DNA of 64,000 nucleotides from an uncultured Thermoleophilia bacterium (GTDB lineage Bacteria; Actinomycetota; Thermoleophilia; UBA2241): NCBI GenBank assembly GCA_963702475.1, contig CAVPCT010000003.1, positions 864,001 to 928,000 of the forward strand, read 5' to 3'. Shown piece by piece: positions 59,071 to 64,000 of this stretch (position 1 is its first letter; each line of letters starts with the position of its first letter). The notes under the pieces were generated by a model. It saw only the letters and a program-made list of their open reading frames with translations, ran no database searches and was not told where the DNA came from. The position numbers and the translations under genes were made by a program.

Positions 59071-61083
59071 GTGACGAGGCTGATGCGCAGGCTGGCAGGG
59101 GCGCGAGGAGCGCTGCTGGTCGTGCTGCTGGCCGCCGCCGTGGGGCTGGTGGCATGGCAGAGCGGCCGTGCCGCCGCGAGCCCATCGCCCGCGTCGCCCT
59201 CCCCCGGGTCCCCTTCGCCCTCGCCGTCGCCCGGCGTGACCCTGAAGCTGGGGTGGACCGAGACGCCGTTCAGCCTGAACCCGTTCATCGGCTCGGGTAC
59301 CTCACAGGAGATCTGGCGGCTCAACTACGACACGCTGGTGGGGCTCGGCGCCGACGGCCTGCCGTCGCCGGAGACCGGGCTCGCGCGGAGCTGGGAGAGC
59401 TCGGCCGACCAGAAGGCCTGGAAGTTCCGCCTGCGTCCCGGGGTGCACTGGCAGGACGGCCGGAGGCTGACGGCGGCCGATGTCGCGTTCACGTACAGGT
59501 TCATCATCGACAACGACCTCAAGGGGTCGCTGGAGCTACAGGACGTGGACGACGTGGATGTCGTCGACGACCTCACCGTGAAGCTGTACTGCGCGCACGC
59601 CAAGGCGGACATGCTGGTGGCCCTGGCGTCGGTGTACGTCCTGCCGAGGCACGTCTGGAAGGACGTGAGTGCCGAGAAGGCGGCCACGACGTTCGTCAAC
59701 AAGAGACCCATCGTGGGTTCCGGGCCCTTCCAGACGGTGAAGTTCCAGCTGGGCGGCTACATCCGGATGCTGAAGAACCCCTACTACTGGGGTCCCGCAC
59801 CGACGGTGGAGGAGCTGGTCTTCCTCACCTACTCCGGCAACGACGACCTGGTGCAGGACCTCGAGGACGGGACCGTCCACGCCGCCGAAGCGGTGAAGCC
59901 CTCCTCGTACAGGGACCTCGCCGCCGAGGCGGGCATCGAGCGCATCGCCTACCCGCTCTACAGCTGGGAGTACGTCGCAGTCAACTGCTCCTCGGGCGAC
60001 GCCTCCGAAGGGGATCCCGTGCTCAAGGACGCCGCGTTCCGGCGCGCCATCGCGTGGGCCATCGACCGGCAGGCGTGCGCCGACGTGTGGGACGGGTTCG
60101 CGAGCCCGGGCTACGGCATCTACCCCGAGGACGGCTGGCCGGCGTCGTTCGACCCTTACTTCGAGCCGAGTCCCGAGACGGCCATCGGCTTCGATCCGGC
60201 CCAGGCTGAGGAACTCCTCGACGAGGCGGGCTACAAGGACACCGACGACGACGGCGTGCGTGAGCACGAGGGCAAGCACATCGTGCTGCGCCTGTGGGCC
60301 CAGGACGGCGCCTGGCAGAGCGAAGCACAGGGAGAGCTGATCGCGGAGTGGCTTCGCGACGTGGGCATCAAGATCACGTACGAGACTCTGAGCGAGGCCG
60401 AGATCCAGGAGCGCATGCACCAGGTCAAGCTCGTGGTCGTGCCCCCGGAGCTGCCGCAGGTGCCGGCCGGCCTGGGCCCGGAGGCGGCCGCGGCCGCCGC
60501 GGCCGCAGCGGCGGCCCAGGCCGAACCCATCGTGAAGCCCGTGTTCGCGCCCGACTACGACCTCGTGGTCCGCAGCGCCACCGGCTCGGCCGATCCGGGC
60601 ATCACGGCCACCTGGTACACCTCGGACCAGGTCGGCAGGCTCAACGACCTGAACTGGTCCAACGAGGACTACGACGACCTCTGCCAGCGCCAGGCGCGCG
60701 CCGTCGACCCGCGGAAGCGTCTCGGCCGGCTCGCGGAGATGCAGCAGTTGATGTACATGAAGCAGCCGATGATCGTGCTCGACTACCCGTCGCGGCTGCA
60801 GGCCGTGAACGCCCGTGCGTGGGCCGGCTGGCAGCCCTACGCCGGGGGGAGTGTGTGGCACAACCACCTCGACCGGCAGAGCTACCTGACGCTCTCGCCC
60901 GCACCCACGGTCACGCAGCAGAGTGTGGTGTCGACGACGCTGATCGCGGGGATCGCCGGCGGTGTGGCCGTCTTCGTCCTCCTCGTGTTCGCGGTCTGGC
61001 TCGTGGGGAGGAGGCGTGAGCGCGCGTTCGAGGCGCGCTGGGAGACCGAGCAGGCGGTCGCGCAGGAGAGAGGGGAGGCCTGA
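59071..61083 (+). CDS. Peptide/nickel ABC substrate-binding protein (family 5) with C-terminal TM anchor
   Basis: LNPF, YDTL, W.F.LR.GV.WQDG..LTA.DV.FT, GSGPF, NP.YW, R.AIA.AIDR; start uncertain (59071 or 59083). Confidence 0.9.
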   Translation: MTRLMRRLAGARGALLVVLLAAAVGLVAWQSGRAAASPSPASPSPGSPSPSPSPGVTLKLGWTETPFSLNPFIGSGTSQEIWRLNYDTLVGLGADGLPSPETGLARSWESSADQKAWKFRLRPGVHWQDGRRLTAADVAFTYRFIIDNDLKGSLELQDVDDVDVVDDLTVKLYCAHAKADMLVALASVYVLPRHVWKDVSAEKAATTFVNKRPIVGSGPFQTVKFQLGGYIRMLKNPYYWGPAPTVEELVFLTYSGNDDLVQDLEDGTVHAAEAVKPSSYRDLAAEAGIERIAYPLYSWEYVAVNCSSGDASEGDPVLKDAAFRRAIAWAIDRQACADVWDGFASPGYGIYPEDGWPASFDPYFEPSPETAIGFDPAQAEELLDEAGYKDTDDDGVREHEGKHIVLRLWAQDGAWQSEAQGELIAEWLRDVGIKITYETLSEAEIQERMHQVKLVVVPPELPQVPAGLGPEAAAAAAAAAAAQAEPIVKPVFAPDYDLVVRSATGSADPGITATWYTSDQVGRLNDLNWSNEDYDDLCQRQARAVDPRKRLGRLAEMQQLMYMKQPMIVLDYPSRLQAVNARAWAGWQPYAGGSVWHNHLDRQSYLTLSPAPTVTQQSVVSTTLIAGIAGGVAVFVLLVFAVWLVGRRRERAFEARWETEQAVAQERGEA

Positions 61084-61282
61084 CCGCCGCATCGTGACGG
61101 CGGCGGCGGTCGTGGCGCCTGCCGGCTCGCGGCCCGCGCCCGCGGACGGGCCGCCCCTCAGGCCAGTCACAGGGCGACCCCAGTGTGCTCTCAGGCTCCC
61201 TTAAGGCACGAGCGGTATCGTGCTGCCCAGACAACGCCGGCCCGCCGCCATGGCGGGTGGCTCGCGACGAAAGGCAGCACAG

Positions 61283-62302
61283 ATGCGCTTCAAACGCTTT
61301 CTTCTCACAGTCGGCGCCGGGTTCCTCGGCGCGGCCATGCTCCTGGTCGGCGCCACGGCCATCGGGTGGGTCGGCGGCGGGGACGCCTCCGGCAGCTCCG
61401 ATTCGACCTCGTTCGCGTCCTTCAAGGCATCCACCGGGCTCACCCCCCAGCAGATCTACGACGAGAACGTGGGCAGTGTCGTGGAGATCGTCACCACGTT
61501 CCCGGGCGTCACCGACATCTTCGGGCAGAGCTCCGGTGGTCAGCAGGGCCTCGGCAGCGGCTTCGTGGTGTCGGAGGACGGCTACATCCTCACCAACGCT
61601 CACGTGGTGAGTCAGAACGGTCAGACGGCCGCCACCGTCGAGGTCGTCTTCAAGGCGAACGGCGACCAGCAGACGAGAGTGCAGGGCACGGTCGTCGGCG
61701 CCGACGACTCCACCGACGTGGCCGTGATCAAGGTCGACCCGAGCCAGACCGGCGATCTGCGGCCCGTCGAGATCGGCGACTCCTCCAGCGTCAAGGTCGG
61801 CGAGCAGGTCGTGGCCATCGGTAACCCGGTGGGCCTCGATTTCACCCTCACCACCGGCGTGGTATCGGCCACCGATCGGGAGATGCAGTCCCCCGACGGC
61901 AGCACCATCACCGGCGGCATCCAGACCGACGCGGCAATCAACCCCGGCAACTCGGGCGGCCCCCTGTTCGATCCCGCCGGCAAGGTGATCGGCATCAACG
62001 AGCAGATCAGCACGCAGTCCGGCGGCAACGAGGGCCTCGGCTTCGCGGTGCCCATCAACACGGCGATGCAGGTCCTGGAGCAGATCAAGGCCGGCGGTCT
62101 TCAGCAGGCCGAGGGTCAGGAGGCGGCTCCGTCCACCGGGTCAGACCCCTACAGCGACCCCTACGGCCAGGGCTACAGCGACCCCTACAGCGACCCCTAC
62201 AGCGACCCGTACAGCGACCCGTACAGCGACCCGTACGGCCAGGGCTACAGTGACCCCTACAGCGACCCCTACGGGCAGGGTCTCGGCGGCGGTCTGTACT
62301 GA
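61283..62302 (+). CDS. HtrA/S1C trypsin-like serine protease lacking PDZ, with Tyr-rich repeat tail
   Basis: GSGFV, TNAHVV, DVAVIK, IGNP.G, QTDAAINPGNSGGPL. Confidence 0.93.
   Translation: MRFKRFLLTVGAGFLGAAMLLVGATAIGWVGGGDASGSSDSTSFASFKASTGLTPQQIYDENVGSVVEIVTTFPGVTDIFGQSSGGQQGLGSGFVVSEDGYILTNAHVVSQNGQTAATVEVVFKANGDQQTRVQGTVVGADDSTDVAVIKVDPSQTGDLRPVEIGDSSSVKVGEQVVAIGNPVGLDFTLTTGVVSATDREMQSPDGSTITGGIQTDAAINPGNSGGPLFDPAGKVIGINEQISTQSGGNEGLGFAVPINTAMQVLEQIKAGGLQQAEGQEAAPSTGSDPYSDPYGQGYSDPYSDPYSDPYSDPYSDPYGQGYSDPYSDPYGQGLGGGLY
62141..62280 (+). repeat. Intragenic 12-bp tandem repeat encoding (YSDP)n interspersed with YGQG
   Basis: tacagcgaccc(c/g) units and tacgg(c/g)caggg units. Confidence 0.9.
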
Positions 62303-62462
62303 GTCGCCGCCCAGCCCCGCTGCTCGCGGAGGGCCGGGAGCCTCCCGGGAGGCTCCCGGCCCTCGGCGTGTGGATGCAGCGTCGCGACCGGGTAAGAAGT
62401 CGAAGAAGCGGGCGCGACCCACGCTCAGGAGGGGTCGCGCCGGACCGGCGTGGGGGGCCAAC

Positions 62463-62750
62463 ATGGCGTTCGTGCTCATCGAGCATAAGGTCGGCGACTT
62501 CGAGACGTTCAAGGCCGTCTTTCTGGACGATGCCGATCGCCGCAAGCGCTTCGGTTCGCTGGGCGGGTACGTGCTCAGGGCCGCCGACGACCCGGATGCG
62601 GTCATCGTCCTGCTGGAGTGGGACACCATCGAGCGGGCCCGGGACTTCGCGCTGTCCCTGGACCTCCACCAAGCTGCCGAGTGGTCCGCCACCGGCATCT
62701 CCACCCCGCGTGTGGTCGTGCTCGAGCGCGCCGTGGATCCGCCCTTCTGA
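62463..62750 (+). CDS. Small dimeric alpha+beta barrel (ABM/cyclase-like) protein
   Basis: HKV.DF..FK.VF...R...G....V.R..DDP..V.VL.EW....A..F. Confidence 0.75.
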   Translation: MAFVLIEHKVGDFETFKAVFLDDADRRKRFGSLGGYVLRAADDPDAVIVLLEWDTIERARDFALSLDLHQAAEWSATGISTPRVVVLERAVDPPF

Positions 62751-62811
62751 GGGTGCGACGACAGAGGAGGCCGCCCGCGGCGCGGGCGGCCCGAAGAACA
62801 GGAGGCTCGCC

Positions 62812-63132
62812 ATGAGCGACGGACATCTGCCCGGCGTGTATGTCAAGTTCCGCGAGGCGTATCCCGGCGTGGCCGGCGCGCTCGACGGCCTCGGTGAGGC
62901 CGTCGACGGGTCCGGCCCCCTTGATGATCGCACAACCCGTCTCGTCCACCTTGCTCTCGCCGTGGGCGGCACGGCTGAGGGCGCGGTGAAGTCCAACGCC
63001 CGCAAGGCCCTTGCCGCCGGCGCGACGCCGGAGGAACTGCGTCACGTTGCGGTGATGGCCATCACCACCAACGGGTTCCCCACGGCCATCGCCGGTCTCG
63101 GCTGGATAGACGAGGTACTCGCCGCCGATTGA
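62812..63132 (+). CDS. Carboxymuconolactone decarboxylase (AhpD-like) family protein
   Basis: GPLD..T..LV.LALA.G...EGAV.S..RKAL..GAT.EEL.H......T.GFP; AGGAGG RBS. Confidence 0.88.
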   Translation: MSDGHLPGVYVKFREAYPGVAGALDGLGEAVDGSGPLDDRTTRLVHLALAVGGTAEGAVKSNARKALAAGATPEELRHVAVMAITTNGFPTAIAGLGWIDEVLAAD

Positions 63133-63282
63133 GCGACGAAGCGGGCTCAACGACGGGTGCAGCGAAGCCGCACTCGTCACTGAGCGACGAAGCGGGCTCA
63201 ACGACGGGTGCAGCGAAGCCGCACTCGTCACTGAGCGACGAAGCGGGCTCAACGACGGGTGCGCCGCAGGGGCACTCGTCAG
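63130..63282. repeat. Three tandem 51-bp units, each with two hairpins (REP/BIME-like)
   Basis: tgagcgacgaagcgggctcaacgacgggtgcagcgaagccgcactcgtcac at 63130 and 63181, variant at 63232. Confidence 0.9.
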
Positions 63283-63321
63283 TGAGCCGCAAGGAGCGCC
63301 GGCGCCAGACGGCGCCGGGTG

Positions 63322-64000
63322 TCACCAGCCGAAGCGCCCGCCGTCGCGGGCGCACTTGTCGCGGCAGATGTGGTCCATCGCCGCGCGCACGGTGCGCGCC
63401 AGGAGCCACCCGACCGTGGTGGCCGAGCCTGCGTACTCCAGGTCGGCGCCGGCGCCGGTGCAGCCGATCACCACGCTGTCGGTGCTCGTCCCGGCGACGA
63501 GATCGCCATCCGGCGTGCGTACGTCCCAGGCGGCGAGCGTCAGCGCCTTGGCCTCGGTCGCGGTGATGACGGCGTTCACCATGGCCGCAGGCGTGAGCGC
63601 TCCCTCGACGACCGCGACGATGTTGATGGTCCCGGGGAGCACCGGCGCCGGCGGCGTGACTCCCGCGGCCGCCACGTTGCTCAGGCCCATCGAGACCACG
63701 GAGGTGACGCGCAGGTCGCCGGCCTGCGCCGTCCGCGCGCAGGCGTACTGCGTCTCCGCCGCGGTCATCAGACCCACGAGCCGCCGCACACCCCGCGAGC
63801 CGCAGCGAACGCCTCCAGGTCGTCGGCCGGCCGGTCGCCGGCGTAGTCGTCGCGCACGTGGACGTTGAGGACGTCCCGCGTCGTCCCGAACCCGCCGCCG
63901 GCCACCGCCGAGCTGAGCGTGTGGAGCGGTCGTTCGCTGTGGAGGTGGACGGCCGCCGCGTCGATGGTGACCGTGATGCCGGCGACGACGTCTGATGCGA
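63322..64000 (-). CDS. cbiZ: Adenosylcobinamide amidohydrolase (CbiZ); start outside the window; apparent frameshift near 63780-63790
   Basis: LSSAV.GGG...VLN.HV in one frame, then VGLMTAA, GLSN, GTIN, TATEAK, GTSTD, YAG.AT in another. Confidence 0.8.
   Translation of the reverse strand, partial: RIRRRRRHHGHHRRGGRPPPQRTTAPHAQLGGGRRRVRDDAGRPQRPRARRLRRRPAGRRPGGVRCGSRGVRRLVGLMTAAETQYACARTAQAGDLRVTSVVSMGLSNVAAAGVTPPAPVLPGTINIVAVVEGALTPAAMVNAVITATEAKALTLAAWDVRTPDGDLVAGTSTDSVVIGCTGAGADLEYAGSATTVGWLLARTVRAAMDHICRDKCARDGGRFGW

Noticed and set aside
62141-62280. CRISPR array or non-coding repeat
   Set aside because: The 12-bp period is in frame within the HtrA coding sequence.
63130-63282. CRISPR array
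   Set aside because: The units are contiguous and near-identical with no unique spacers; no cas genes in the window.

Overview
High-GC bacterial window. Gene content (secreted Ig-like proteins, MMPL, NarL-type two-component system, 2-oxoacid:ferredoxin oxidoreductase, CbiZ) suggests an anaerobic or facultative Actinomycetota lineage such as Thermoleophilia; this is inference only. About 1-13.7 kb is a decayed integration hotspot. It holds a tRNA-Cys 3' fragment flanked by 11-bp-periodic arm-type repeats, two tyrosine-integrase remnants, a broken IS630 fused to a broken LipJ-like cyclase, several gene fragments, and apparent integron attC half-sites bracketing a lipoprotein cassette. About 14-64 kb is mostly intact accessory and metabolic genes: MMPL plus an RR/solute-binding protein/histidine kinase module, an atypical P-type ATPase, an ArsR regulon, a RES-Xre toxin-antitoxin pair, a vor-type oxidoreductase operon, a radical SAM-GMC operon, aminotransferases, a CoA-transferase, peptidases and cbiZ. 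The best candidates for undescribed biology are: (1) a Fic (degenerate active site)-wHTH-nucleotidyltransferase fusion; (2) attC-like cassette relics in an actinobacterial-type genome; (3) a radical SAM/membrane/Cys-rich/GMC operon, with a nearby C2H2 zinc-finger gene and an aromatic 22-aa sORF; (4) a P2-type ATPase lacking most Ca-site ligands; (5) a PDZ-less HtrA with a (YSDP)n tail; (6) a 51-bp double-hairpin tandem array. All family calls come from motif recognition by eye; no searches were run.
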